Notes: generated from the letters alone by a model not told the origin. A stretch of 64,000 bases of DNA from Promethearchaeota archaeon (GCA_016839555.1 JAEOUA010000003.1:32001-96000); one strand, 5' to 3'. Positions 20,094 to 30,957 are shown, counted from the stretch's first letter. Numbers and translations are program-made.

Positions 20094-20324
20094 ATGGATC
20101 ACAGACTAAAACCGTTATTTCATATAATTGCAATTAGCCTTTTTCTATTTGGTATGACATTAATTCATACTGTAGTAAATACTCAAAATAACACTTTTAT
20201 ATTTTTTAATTTAATTTTGGGGAAAATGGTAGTTTTAGATACTGTAATACTATTTTCTGGACTTGCATTTTTTATCGAATTTTATCTAACATTCAAACCA
20301 ATTATAATACTGAGAGAGGAATAA
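20094..20324 (+). CDS. Small 2-TM membrane protein
   Basis: Hydrophobic 76-aa ORF with ATG. Confidence 0.55.
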   Translation: MDHRLKPLFHIIAISLFLFGMTLIHTVVNTQNNTFIFFNLILGKMVVLDTVILFSGLAFFIEFYLTFKPIIILREE

Positions 20325-20446
20325 AATCATTTTTATGGAAGATCAATATATTAGAAAGCAAAATTGAGTTTCCCAAAATCAAAAAAAGCTAAACGACAAT
20401 GATAAAAAATGAATTCTCCTAATAACTAAATATAGAATCAAATCAG

Positions 20447-20998
20447 CTAAAATTTCTGATAAAAAAATGTTAAAACTTTTTTTTTATTAATTTTAGTTTT
20501 TAACACCTGAACTTCCTTTAGAAAGGGAAAATTTTTAAGCGGATATTTATAGGAGATAAAAATCGTATTATTTTTAGCGGTGATAAAAACATGATTAAGA
20601 TATTTCTGTATGGTTGGTAAGGAAAAAATATAAATGAAATCAAATCGTTCTAAAGACACTTTAAAGAGATCTCCCCTAATTAGATTAATTTTTTCAAGAC
20701 TTTTTCTAAGTGATTTTTTTTGAAGTTTTAATTTTTGTATTCTTCTCTCAGTTTCTTTCACTAAATTTGAATTTATTTCTATTCCGATGGATTTAATATT
20801 ATAATTTAAGCTGCAATAAATAATTACAGCGCCATTACCACTTCCTAAATCAATAAGCCGCTGATCTGAGTAAGCTTTTAAATGGAATTTTTTTTCAAGT
20901 ATTTTAAAGATTTCTTTTAGTACTTTCTTATTAGATTCTAAAAAGGGAAGTGCCGATTGAGAAGATATATCATAATATTCCTTTTCTTCTTTATCCAT
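20447..20998 (-). CDS. Class I SAM methyltransferase, FAM173/aKMT-like putative protein-lysine methyltransferase
   Basis: LPF, IDLGSGNG, GIEIN, GDLF, FDFIYIF, ISYKYPL. Confidence 0.75.
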   Translation of the reverse strand: MDKEEKEYYDISSQSALPFLESNKKVLKEIFKILEKKFHLKAYSDQRLIDLGSGNGAVIIYCSLNYNIKSIGIEINSNLVKETERRIQKLKLQKKSLRKSLEKINLIRGDLFKVSLERFDFIYIFSLPTIQKYLNHVFITAKNNTIFISYKYPLKNFPFLKEVQVLKTKINKKKVLTFFYQKF

Positions 20999-21239
20999 TA
21001 AAAAAAAGTGTACTGTTAATAAGATTTATATGAAAAAGGCTTTTTCTTATTTAAATAGATATTAATACTTTTTATACTCGGAAATATAATAGTCTTTTTT
21101 TTCCTAACTTTCCTAATTTTAATCGATAAAATTGTGATTTATATGATAACTTTTTTAAAACTTTAATAAATGGATACAAATAATTTTAATTTAGTTCTTA
21201 ATCGTTCGATTTTAATTAGCATAATAGGGTCAATAAAAG

Positions 21240-22307
21240 ATGAGTAAGTCGAAAAAAATATTAGTAACGGGAGGGACAGGCTTTATAGGTGTCCATTTAG
21301 TAAAAAAATTATATGAATTAGGATATAATTTAAGATTATTTATCCGAGAAACCAGCGATGTTTCTCCCTTTAAGGATTTTGAAAATATTGAATATTTTAT
21401 AGGGGATGTCGCCGATTTAGAAAGCATTAAAAAAGCTACTGAAAATATTGATGTTATGTTTCATTTAGCTGCATATGTAGCAATTTGGGCGAAGGATAAA
21501 TCTATCTATGAAGAGACTAATGTAAAAGCAGTCGAAAATATCGCAAAAATCGCATTGGAAAAAAATATTAGATTATTATATGTGAGTTCCTTTTCAGCTA
21601 TAGGACCCACTCCTGAGGAACCTATTGATGAATCTTATGAAAAAACTGATCATTTTTGTTTAGAGTATGAAAGATCAAAATATAAAGCTAAGAAGGTTAT
21701 TCGAGAATATTTTGAGAATGGACTTAACGGGGTTATATTTTATCCGGCGATCGTCTATGGTCCAGGAGATTTCAATATTTTTGGTGAAATGCTTTATGAT
21801 ATAGTTCGAGGAAAATTTTTAGGTTGTCCAGGGAAAGGAGACTCCATAGCATGTTTTTCTTATGTTTATGATGTAGTCGATGCTATGATAAAGGTGCTTG
21901 AAAGAGAAGACATTAATAAAGAAGAATTTATTCTTGGAGGGGAAAATATAAAATTTGTTGATTATCTTAATATGATTGCAGATACAGCAGGAAGGAAAGA
22001 GCCAAGACATTTTCCAATGGGGATTGCAAAATTCTACGGTTGGATATGTGAGGTAGGTGGTAAAGTAACTGGCAATATTCCCTATATTACTAGAGATACA
22101 CTTGATAGTTTTGAACTCCATAGAGCGTATTCTTCTGAAAAAGCTAAAAAACAGATAGGTTATAAAATCACGCCCTTAAAAGAAGGGTTAAAAGAAACAG
22201 TTGCGTGGTATGAGAACTATATAAATCAAGATAAAAATTCGAGAGAGAAAGCACAGACTGTAGAAGATTTAGTTAAAATTAATAAAAATATAAAAGTTAT
22301 GAGATAA
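21240..22307 (+). CDS. Extended SDR, NAD-dependent epimerase/dehydratase (HpnA/dihydroflavonol reductase-like)
   Basis: TGGTGFIG, HLAA, YVSS, YERSK, VYGPGD. Confidence 0.9.
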   Translation: MSKSKKILVTGGTGFIGVHLVKKLYELGYNLRLFIRETSDVSPFKDFENIEYFIGDVADLESIKKATENIDVMFHLAAYVAIWAKDKSIYEETNVKAVENIAKIALEKNIRLLYVSSFSAIGPTPEEPIDESYEKTDHFCLEYERSKYKAKKVIREYFENGLNGVIFYPAIVYGPGDFNIFGEMLYDIVRGKFLGCPGKGDSIACFSYVYDVVDAMIKVLEREDINKEEFILGGENIKFVDYLNMIADTAGRKEPRHFPMGIAKFYGWICEVGGKVTGNIPYITRDTLDSFELHRAYSSEKAKKQIGYKITPLKEGLKETVAWYENYINQDKNSREKAQTVEDLVKINKNIKVMR

Positions 22308-22367
22308 AAAATTAGTTTTTATGAAATCATGATAAAATTATACATTTTAATAAAGTAATTTAAAAAA

Positions 22368-23807
22368 GTGGTGTGTAAAATTACAATATATGAATTAAAT
22401 GGAGATCTGGACTCTAAATTAAGCAAAATTGTAGGGAAAAAGAATGTATCTTCAGAAAAATTTGTTTTAATCTCCTATTCTGAAGATTCATCCCCATTTG
22501 AAGGGAAAGAACCTAGAGTTGTTGTACGTCCGCATTCTACCTCTGAAATTTCGGAAATAATGAAATTTGCAACTAAAACCAAAATACCAGTAATTGGAGT
22601 TGGAGCGAGATCCTCTATTAATGGTGCCCCAATTCCAAGAGTAGAAAACATGATAATGATCGATTTAACTAGTATAAAAGATATAATCGAAATTAATGAA
22701 GATTCTATGACTGTGACTGTTCAAGCGGGAATAACATGGTCGGGGCTAATTCATCAATTAAAAGAAAAAGGCTATAAGCTAGGATTTAGAGGCCCATACG
22801 GTGGAAATGCAGGTACAGTAGGAGGATCTATAAGCTCAAATAGTATTGGATGTGGAGCGTCAGCTAATGGTGGTGCTTGCGATGGGGTTCTTGGATTGGA
22901 GGTTGTTCTAAGTTCTGGTGAGATTATTCAAACTGGAACTAATTGGAGAAATAATTCTTCAGAATTTAGTGGTAGTTATGCCCGCTATTGTACTTTTAAT
23001 GATATGACGGGAATTTTTTTAGGAGATCATGGAACACTCGGAATCAAAACGGCAATTACCTTAAAAATTTATCCACTTCCCAAAGGAGAAGCTTATGCTG
23101 ATTTTGGATTTTCAGATATAGAACAAGCTACAAAAGCATTTCATGAAATTCAAAGATCTCATTTAGTTGAAGAAGCAGTGATGTTAGGAGATGCAAATTC
23201 AATTGATTTATTAGCATCCAGTTATCGCTCAACTTTTAAAAATGTCAAGTGTATTTTGGCAGTCATTATCGAGGAGATAGATGATGAACTTGCCCAACGT
23301 AAAAAAGAAATCTGCGAAAAAATTGTAAGAAAATATGGAGGAAAATCAATTGGTATGTTTCTATCAAAAGCTCATTGGTTGAATATGTTCAATTTAGTTC
23401 AATCCTTATTTGAAGAGGGGTATTGGTATAACACATGCCATTTAAGACCAATTTCAACCTTACCACGGTTAATAGAAACATTTCATAGACTCGCAGATAA
23501 ATATAAATTAAAAGAAAATAAATTTAATTGGATTATTTCAGCTTTAGGAGTTAATCATTGCTTTACGTCCGGCTGGATTACAATATATATGAAAGATCCC
23601 TTGAAAAAAGAGATAATATATAAGGTTTGGGATGAATTAAGAGAAGCAGAAATGCACCTTGATGGAGTTCCCTATTGGACAGGAAAATTATGGGAACCAT
23701 ATGTTTTAGATCGAGTGAACCCTACTTTTTATAAAGTATTAAAACAATTAAAAGCTACATTAGATCCTTTTAATATAATTAACCCAATGACCTTTGAATT
23801 AAAATAA
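22368..23807 (+). CDS. FAD-binding oxidoreductase, VAO/GlcD superfamily
   Basis: PRVVVRP, VTVQAGITW, TVGGSIS, GLEVVLSSGEII, FLGDHGTLGI, LKATLDPFNIINP. Confidence 0.9.
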   Translation: MVCKITIYELNGDLDSKLSKIVGKKNVSSEKFVLISYSEDSSPFEGKEPRVVVRPHSTSEISEIMKFATKTKIPVIGVGARSSINGAPIPRVENMIMIDLTSIKDIIEINEDSMTVTVQAGITWSGLIHQLKEKGYKLGFRGPYGGNAGTVGGSISSNSIGCGASANGGACDGVLGLEVVLSSGEIIQTGTNWRNNSSEFSGSYARYCTFNDMTGIFLGDHGTLGIKTAITLKIYPLPKGEAYADFGFSDIEQATKAFHEIQRSHLVEEAVMLGDANSIDLLASSYRSTFKNVKCILAVIIEEIDDELAQRKKEICEKIVRKYGGKSIGMFLSKAHWLNMFNLVQSLFEEGYWYNTCHLRPISTLPRLIETFHRLADKYKLKENKFNWIISALGVNHCFTSGWITIYMKDPLKKEIIYKVWDELREAEMHLDGVPYWTGKLWEPYVLDRVNPTFYKVLKQLKATLDPFNIINPMTFELK

Positions 23808-25466
23808 ATGGTGATTAAGATGGTTAAATACTCTGAATTAGAAAAACATACAGATCTGATACAAATATGTGCAAAATGCGGTGATTGTGGAACTTCAGGT
23901 ACCCAATTAACGACAGCTAAGCGTCATGTGAGCGAGCCTTGTCCCGTTAAAAATGTTTTAGGTTTTGAAGCATATGATGCGCGAGGACGGATTCTTATAA
24001 TGAAAAGAATTTTAGAAAATAATTTTAAAATTGATAAAAAATTTTTGGATTGGGCATATACATGTACCGAATGTGGAAGTTGTCGTGAGACTTGTCTTGC
24101 AATAGAGGGAGGAATTGATACTCCTCTTTTAGTTGACGCTCTGAGAGAAGATTTAATAAATAATAAATATAGACTTGAGAAGCATGAACAAATTCTCAAA
24201 AATATTTTAGAAGAGAATAACCCATATAATGAACCAAGGGAACAACGGTTTAGTTTCATTGAGAAGGTTGAAAACTATTTCCAAAATGAAAATGCCAAGT
24301 GTATATTATATATTGGTTGCACAGAAAGTTATCGACAGCAAAATGTAGCATTGGCAACCATTGAATTATTAAATCATTTAGAGATAGAATTTCTTATTGT
24401 AAAGGATGAACCTTGTTGTGGTTCTATATTAAAACGATATGGCTATAAGAACGAATTTGAACGTATAGCAGCATCTAATCTAAAACAATTAGAAGAAAAA
24501 AATATTAAAAATGTTATTTTTCCTTGTGCTGGCTGCTACCGCACGTATAAAATCGATTATGAGCCATATAATAATACAGATCTTGAATTTTATCATCTCA
24601 CTGAATTTTTAGAAGATTTTTTTAAAGAAAATCCTTATGGATTTAAATCACAGACTCATAAAAAAATATCTTATCATGATCCTTGCCACCTTGGAAGACA
24701 TGCAGGGGTCTATGAAGCACCACGGAATTTATTACGATTAATAGAAAATACAACCTTTATTGAACTCGATGCATCAAGGAATTTTAGTCATTGTTGTGGA
24801 GCAGGCGGAGGAGTTAAGTCATCGAATCCAGAATTAGCAATTGACATGGCAGAACGTAGAAATTATGAAGCACTTGATAAATCTATTAATATTTTTGTTA
24901 CTGCTTGTCCATTTTGTGAAAGAAATTTAAAAGATGGAATTCCTGAGGATGCTAAAGAGTTTAAAATAGTAGATATTGCTGAAATATTAAGTGAAACAAT
25001 TCAAAAAGAACTTTCAAGTGAAGTACAGAGTTTTGGAGTTAAAACAAAAATCTGCCAACAATATATGGACTTTTTGGGACAGTATCCAGAGATCTTTTCC
25101 GATCTGGTATCAGGTTCAGATATGGATTTTGCAATTTATGACTCCTTTGATGATTTTGAAGAGGAGAAAATTATGGATGCATTTCATGTTATTAGAAAGA
25201 ATGAGGGAATAGAGATCATCCCGGGAAAAGCTGATGATGCAGATCTAGAATTGGCTTTATCAAAAGAAGCTATAGGAAAATTAATTCAAACAAAAAATAA
25301 AGCTGAATACGCCACTTTATTCGGCAATTTCTATAATGAACCCAGCTTTACAGAGGGATGGATCGATTTTCTTTTGCATAAAAGGACAAAAACGCTCATT
25401 GATATGGGATATGGGAAATTTGCCGAAGCCGCAGGCATTTTAGAAGATGAGGAAGATGCTTTATGA
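23808..25466 (+). CDS. GlcF/HdrD-like Fe-S protein with two CCG domains and an extra C-terminal SCP2-like domain
   Basis: CAKCGDC, CTECGSCRETC, PCCG, CAGC, YHDPCHLGR, CCGAGGG, ACPFC; ~130-aa C-terminal extension; start probably ATG 23820. Confidence 0.88.
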   Translation: MVIKMVKYSELEKHTDLIQICAKCGDCGTSGTQLTTAKRHVSEPCPVKNVLGFEAYDARGRILIMKRILENNFKIDKKFLDWAYTCTECGSCRETCLAIEGGIDTPLLVDALREDLINNKYRLEKHEQILKNILEENNPYNEPREQRFSFIEKVENYFQNENAKCILYIGCTESYRQQNVALATIELLNHLEIEFLIVKDEPCCGSILKRYGYKNEFERIAASNLKQLEEKNIKNVIFPCAGCYRTYKIDYEPYNNTDLEFYHLTEFLEDFFKENPYGFKSQTHKKISYHDPCHLGRHAGVYEAPRNLLRLIENTTFIELDASRNFSHCCGAGGGVKSSNPELAIDMAERRNYEALDKSINIFVTACPFCERNLKDGIPEDAKEFKIVDIAEILSETIQKELSSEVQSFGVKTKICQQYMDFLGQYPEIFSDLVSGSDMDFAIYDSFDDFEEEKIMDAFHVIRKNEGIEIIPGKADDADLELALSKEAIGKLIQTKNKAEYATLFGNFYNEPSFTEGWIDFLLHKRTKTLIDMGYGKFAEAAGILEDEEDAL

Positions 25467-25520
25467 TTAAACTAATTTTTAATATATTTTTATATCAAAA
25501 AATAAAATTTTAAGATAAAA

Positions 25521-27014
25521 ATGGCTAATCAACAACAGTTAGAAATAAAAAATAAATATACAGGGGAAATTATTGACACAATCCCCGCAGACACACCAGA
25601 AACTATACAAGCGAAAATCAAGAAAATTCATCGTAATCAAGAGAAGTTAAGAGAGATGGATTTTTTTGAACGGGCAAAAAATCTCTCCAAATTCGCTACA
25701 CGCTTACGCTTCAAGAAAGAGGAGTTAAAAAAGCTTATAGTTGCAGAAGGTGGGCTTCCAATCAAATATTCTGAATGGGAAATTGCTATAGTTTCAAATG
25801 GTTTTAAGTTCTGCGAATGGTACTATCAATTTATGGAAGATAAACAGCTTACAAGTATAGAGGGTGAAAAATTTGCCAAAATAATATATCTTCCAGAGGG
25901 GCTCGCAGCTTGTATAGCACCAAGAAATACTCCATTAAGTCTGCCTTTATATCAATTAGGAGCTAATTACTTGGTTGGAAATGGAGCTATTGTTAAACCT
26001 TCTACAGCTTGTCCCCTCACTATGTTAGAAGCATATTCTATGATGAAAGAAGCAGAGCTTCCAGGGATAGATGCTTTAGATATTGCGATAGCTCCTGGAA
26101 GATGGGCTGTTGATGAATTTATTAAAAATGATTTAATTAAAGTCTTTCTTTCTATTAGCGCTTCTCATACTGCAAAAGATATTTTAGTAAGCTATGCTAA
26201 TATGTTAAAGAAATCCGTAGATAAATCCATGGGAATACCTATGTATACGCGTCCATTTAAGAAATTTATTTTTGAATGCGCAGGTAACGATGCTGGAATT
26301 ATAATGGATGATGTTAATTTAGAACAGGTGGCAAAATGGAATGTTGATGCAAGTTATACCAACTCTGGGCAACAATGTTTTTCAATGAAAAGAATTATTG
26401 TTCATCATGATATTTATGATGATTATATAGAATGCTTGATTAATGAGATGGAGAAATTAAAATATGGAGATCCCATGGATCCAGAGGTAGATATTGGTCC
26501 TTTAGGAAGTAGAAAGATACTTATGATGATGGAAGTAATGGTGGCAGATGCGAAGAAATATGATGCAAAAATTTATACTGGAGCAGAAAAAATTGATACT
26601 GGAAAAGAATATGGACTTTTCTATTCCCCAACTTTAGTTGAAATAAAGCCAGAATTATGTGAGGATTTAACTAAGGCTCCCTTTTTATGGAGGGAAGAGG
26701 CTTTTGGGCCAGTGAGATCTGTAACCAAAGCAGATAGTTTTGAAGATGCAATTAGATTAGCAAATGCAAGTAATTATGGAATGAGAGCAGCTGTTTATAC
26801 GAGCGATTTAGAAAAGATTGAGATATTGAAGAAAAAATTGGAAGCTGCAAATATATATATCAATGCTCGTCCAATGCTTACTGACATAACTGTAGCATTA
26901 GGAGGAATAAAAGATTCGGCTTATCCTCCTGGTGCCAAATACTATCCTCAAGAATTGATATATCAAAAATATATAATGGATCAGACAGCAAAAAACCTTG
27001 ATAAAATCAGGTAA
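25521..27014 (+). CDS. Divergent aldehyde dehydrogenase
   Basis: PRNTP, VKPS, FECAGND (catalytic Glu), SGQQCFS (catalytic Cys), EEAFGP, GGIKDS. Confidence 0.88.
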   Translation: MANQQQLEIKNKYTGEIIDTIPADTPETIQAKIKKIHRNQEKLREMDFFERAKNLSKFATRLRFKKEELKKLIVAEGGLPIKYSEWEIAIVSNGFKFCEWYYQFMEDKQLTSIEGEKFAKIIYLPEGLAACIAPRNTPLSLPLYQLGANYLVGNGAIVKPSTACPLTMLEAYSMMKEAELPGIDALDIAIAPGRWAVDEFIKNDLIKVFLSISASHTAKDILVSYANMLKKSVDKSMGIPMYTRPFKKFIFECAGNDAGIIMDDVNLEQVAKWNVDASYTNSGQQCFSMKRIIVHHDIYDDYIECLINEMEKLKYGDPMDPEVDIGPLGSRKILMMMEVMVADAKKYDAKIYTGAEKIDTGKEYGLFYSPTLVEIKPELCEDLTKAPFLWREEAFGPVRSVTKADSFEDAIRLANASNYGMRAAVYTSDLEKIEILKKKLEAANIYINARPMLTDITVALGGIKDSAYPPGAKYYPQELIYQKYIMDQTAKNLDKIR

Positions 27015-27035
27015 AAAACAAAGCATATTATAAAT

Positions 27036-27443
27036 ATGAATTCAGAAGAATTATATAATAAACTAAAACAATATTTCCCAAATAACCTAGATTTGATGCG
27101 ACATTTAGAGGTAGGTGCATGTTGGGAATATTTGATTTTTGAAAACTCTATAGATGATGAGGATCCTAAAGTACATTATTTTTTATATAAAAAAGATGAG
27201 AATTCTCTTAAAATGACCATGGAAAATCCGCAAATAGAACCAGATCTCATTCTTTATTTTACTGAAATATCAATTTTAACATTAATCCAAGGTAATCCGA
27301 ATGCGGAAGATTATTTTTCAGACTATAAAGAGATTATAGAGAATCCCAAGCCAGGTATGGTAGTAGATAATAAGGTCAATAAAGCCCGATTAAAGCTCTG
27401 GAGGATCGGGTATAAAAATTGGCAGAAAGATTTCAATTTTTAA
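27036..27443 (+). CDS. Small protein paralogous to the C-terminal domain of 23808..25466 (SCP2-like)
   Basis: Colinear matches LxxG, DLxL, LIQ, AE, LxxxGY. Confidence 0.6.
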   Translation: MNSEELYNKLKQYFPNNLDLMRHLEVGACWEYLIFENSIDDEDPKVHYFLYKKDENSLKMTMENPQIEPDLILYFTEISILTLIQGNPNAEDYFSDYKEIIENPKPGMVVDNKVNKARLKLWRIGYKNWQKDFNF

Positions 27444-27476
27444 ACTGGAATAAATTTAATTTTAAAAAATCCTATA

Positions 27477-28985
27477 TCATTTCTCATTTTTATTAATTTC
27501 TTTTGATCTTGAATTCTCTAATTGTTTCAAATACTTTTTACGCCTTTCTTTATGAATTTTAAGCAATGCGCTTTTCATTTCCTCAACTACTTCCCCAGTT
27601 AGCGGATAAAAAACTACCCAAATAATAAAGCCTAATAATGCTACTAACCCCGGAATGAGTCCCATTGAGATGTTTACACCGAGAAATGCATTAAACTCTC
27701 CCATTGTGGGTTGTAACTTATCACCCACATAAATTAGGCCGAACAAAGTCATGAGGGAAGTGGGAGTTGCTAATGCAACACTAACCATTGGTTTCGCTAT
27801 TAAAGGACCAATTCCCGCATATAATCCTTCACGCCGCTCACCTGAAATTTTCCAAAAATCATAATCAATTGTATCAGCTCGCATCGGGTTATGGAGTATA
27901 AAATCTCCCGAGAACGCAAGAAATAAAATTGAAAATCCAATCGAGGCTAAAATCCAGATTCCAGTTAGACATAATAAAAACGTAAGAAGAAACCCAATAG
28001 CTGAAACCCCAAGGTAATAGCTTAAAGCAGTTTTTATAGAATATTTATCGGCAAGCTTTACCTCTATAATTCCTCCAACTATCAGACATATTGTGGGAGG
28101 AATCCAAAAAATGATCGATTCCATAGTTGAAGTAATCATCGGTGAGAGCACCCATGTTATAAAAAAGGGAAGTGTTGCTAAGAAAACATTGATAATATAA
28201 ACTGAAATTCCATCATACAGTAAATAAATAATATATGATTTATTTTTAAAGGCTAATTTAACACCTTCAATTAATGGTGTTGGTGTTTCTGGAATATGTT
28301 CGGAATGCTCACGAACAAAGTATGATAAAAACATATAAGGAATTATTCCGATTATCGCAATCACTATAATAAAAAACTGAAATAATCTTATAGATTCTAT
28401 CGTTGGATTTACCAAGAATACCATCGATAATATAAAACCAAGCATACCTCCTGGTAGCGTAAAAATTGAACATAAAATTTGAATTTTTTCTCTTTCTCTT
28501 TGATTAAGTGTCATTTGTGGAAGAAGTGCTGTAAAAGCACCGATTACGATTGTAAACATAGTGTCGTAGGCAAGTTGGCTTACTAAATACCATACGAATA
28601 ACCATATTTGAGTGGCTAAGGTCGGATCCCCACGCCATGCTTCCGGTGGAAAAAATACTAAAGTAAATACTAGACTGAATATAGGTGCTCCATACTTAAT
28701 ATAAGGAATATATCGCTGATATTCTCCTCGCCGCTTATTATAGAATTTTGTGTTATTAATCTTATTTCCAAAAATTGGATCATTGGCGACATTCCAAACT
28801 GCGTATACGATTTGCCCGATAACAATCCAAATATTTTGTAATCCCATCCATGCGAAATAAAAGGATTGAATTAAGCCCATTATAGAGCCGTAAAAAGATC
28901 CCGGCACGGTCGAAAAAGAATAAGCGAGTTTTTCTTTGAGAGGTACATATTCAGATTCTAAATCTTCTTTAGTAGTTTCAGTCAT
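27477..28985 (-). CDS. MFS transporter, GPH/MelB family (copy A)
   Basis: About 12 TM, WNVANDPIFG, ADTIDYD...GERREGLY. Confidence 0.9.
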   Translation of the reverse strand: MTETTKEDLESEYVPLKEKLAYSFSTVPGSFYGSIMGLIQSFYFAWMGLQNIWIVIGQIVYAVWNVANDPIFGNKINNTKFYNKRRGEYQRYIPYIKYGAPIFSLVFTLVFFPPEAWRGDPTLATQIWLFVWYLVSQLAYDTMFTIVIGAFTALLPQMTLNQREREKIQILCSIFTLPGGMLGFILSMVFLVNPTIESIRLFQFFIIVIAIIGIIPYMFLSYFVREHSEHIPETPTPLIEGVKLAFKNKSYIIYLLYDGISVYIINVFLATLPFFITWVLSPMITSTMESIIFWIPPTICLIVGGIIEVKLADKYSIKTALSYYLGVSAIGFLLTFLLCLTGIWILASIGFSILFLAFSGDFILHNPMRADTIDYDFWKISGERREGLYAGIGPLIAKPMVSVALATPTSLMTLFGLIYVGDKLQPTMGEFNAFLGVNISMGLIPGLVALLGFIIWVVFYPLTGEVVEEMKSALLKIHKERRKKYLKQLENSRSKEINKNEK

Positions 28986-29166
28986 AGTACTTTAATTTTA
29001 TTTTTTTATAGTATATAAAAAAAATAGTGATAAAAACATTATATTTAGATATCTGTTTTTTATATTTATATACCTTAAAAAAAATGCTTTTTAGATTTAT
29101 CCAGTTTAAGAAAGAATGAATCTAAACTAGGAAATAAATAAAAATAAAAAATAAATTGAAATATAA

Positions 29167-30672
29167 TTATTTTTTCTTATCTGATTCATTAGGTTTTGAT
29201 TCTCCCAACTCTTTCAAATATTTTGTGCGTCTTTCCTCATGAATTTTAAGCAATGCACTTTTCATTTCCTTAACAATCTCCCCAGTTAATGGATAATAAA
29301 TAACCCAAATTATAAAGCCCAAAAGCATCACAAGTCCAGGAATAAGCCCCATCGCGATATTTACTCCAAGAAACGCATTGAACTCCCCCATAGTTGGTTT
29401 TAATCTGTCACCCACATAGATTAAGCCAAATAATGTCATGAGAGAAGTAGGAGTTGCTAATGCCACACTTATCATTGGTTTACTTATAAGAGGACCAATT
29501 CCAGCATATAATCCTTCACGCCGCTCACCTGATATCTTCCAGAAGTCATAATCAATTGTATCAGCTCGCATCGGGTTATGGAGTATAAAATCTCCAGAAA
29601 AAGCAAGAAATACTATTGAAAATCCGGCGCATACTAAATACCACAGACCTGTAAAAGCCAGTGCAAAAGTAAGTAAATATCCTAGAGCTAAGACACCTTG
29701 ATTAAAACTTAATGCTTTTTTTATTGAATGTTTATCCGCAATTCTTAATTGTATAATAGCACCAATTATCAAACATATTATAGGGGGAATCCAAAAAATA
29801 AGCATATCTAAGCTTGACCCCATCATCGGTGAAAGAACCCACGTCAGAAAAAAAGGGAGCGTCGCCATACTCACATTTAATATATAGACGCTAACACCGT
29901 CATAGATTAAGTAAATAATATACGACTTATTTTTGAAGGCTAATTTTAGACCCTTAATTAAAGGGGTTGGTTTTTCTGGAATATGTTCAGAATGCTCACG
30001 AACGAAATATGATAAAAGTATATAGGGAACTAATCCGAATATCGCTATTCCTATAACAAGGAACTGGAAGACTGTTATTGATTCTATCGTGGGATCGGCT
30101 AAAAAGACTAATGGCAAGAAAAATCCTATCATTACTCCCGGTAAAGTAAAAAGTGTACAAAGAATCTGAATTTTTTCTCTCTCTTGTTGATTAAGGCTCA
30201 TTTGAGGCAATAATGCTACATGAGCACAGAGTACAATAGTGAATAATGTATCATAAGCAATTTGAGTTACTAAATACCAAACAAATAACCATACTTGAGC
30301 TGTTAATGTAGGATCCGCTCTCAACATATCCGGTGGGAAAAATACCAAAGCAAATACCAAGCTGAAAAGGGGCGCTCCATACTTTATATATGGGATATAT
30401 CGCTGATATTCTCCACGACGTTTATTGTAGAATTTTGTATTATTAATCTTATTACCAAAAAGGGGATCATTGACGACGTTCCATACCGCGTATACAATTT
30501 GTCCGATAACTATCCAGATATTCTGGAGGCCCATCCATGCATAATAAAAGGATTGAATTAAACCCATGACGGAACCATAAAATGTTCCTGGCATTGTAGC
30601 AAATGCATAAGCCAACTTCTCTTTATAGGGTACAAATTCTGATTCTGACATTTTTTTAGTATCTGTAGCCAT
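29167..30672 (-). CDS. MFS transporter, GPH/MelB family (copy B, tandem paralog)
   Basis: Colinear with and highly similar to copy A. Confidence 0.9.
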   Translation of the reverse strand: MATDTKKMSESEFVPYKEKLAYAFATMPGTFYGSVMGLIQSFYYAWMGLQNIWIVIGQIVYAVWNVVNDPLFGNKINNTKFYNKRRGEYQRYIPYIKYGAPLFSLVFALVFFPPDMLRADPTLTAQVWLFVWYLVTQIAYDTLFTIVLCAHVALLPQMSLNQQEREKIQILCTLFTLPGVMIGFFLPLVFLADPTIESITVFQFLVIGIAIFGLVPYILLSYFVREHSEHIPEKPTPLIKGLKLAFKNKSYIIYLIYDGVSVYILNVSMATLPFFLTWVLSPMMGSSLDMLIFWIPPIICLIIGAIIQLRIADKHSIKKALSFNQGVLALGYLLTFALAFTGLWYLVCAGFSIVFLAFSGDFILHNPMRADTIDYDFWKISGERREGLYAGIGPLISKPMISVALATPTSLMTLFGLIYVGDRLKPTMGEFNAFLGVNIAMGLIPGLVMLLGFIIWVIYYPLTGEIVKEMKSALLKIHEERRTKYLKELGESKPNESDKKK

Positions 30673-30957
30673 AATTTTTTCACATGAAAATTTATTATAT
30701 TTATGTATAAATTATTTTTACTTTATAATTAAACCTTCATATATTTAATAAATATATATTTCAATAATTTGTCAAGAAAATACGGAGATATCATTACTGT
30801 TTTTTGAATATGCTATACAACTGCACTAATATCTGTGGAGATTTAAAAGAAACTCATTATTAAAGGAAATGAAAATTGAATGAAAAATCAAGAAATCCAA
30901 AATTTTGATTATTCATATATAATAAATATCTCTACCAGCGAGAATTTTTTTTTAAAA

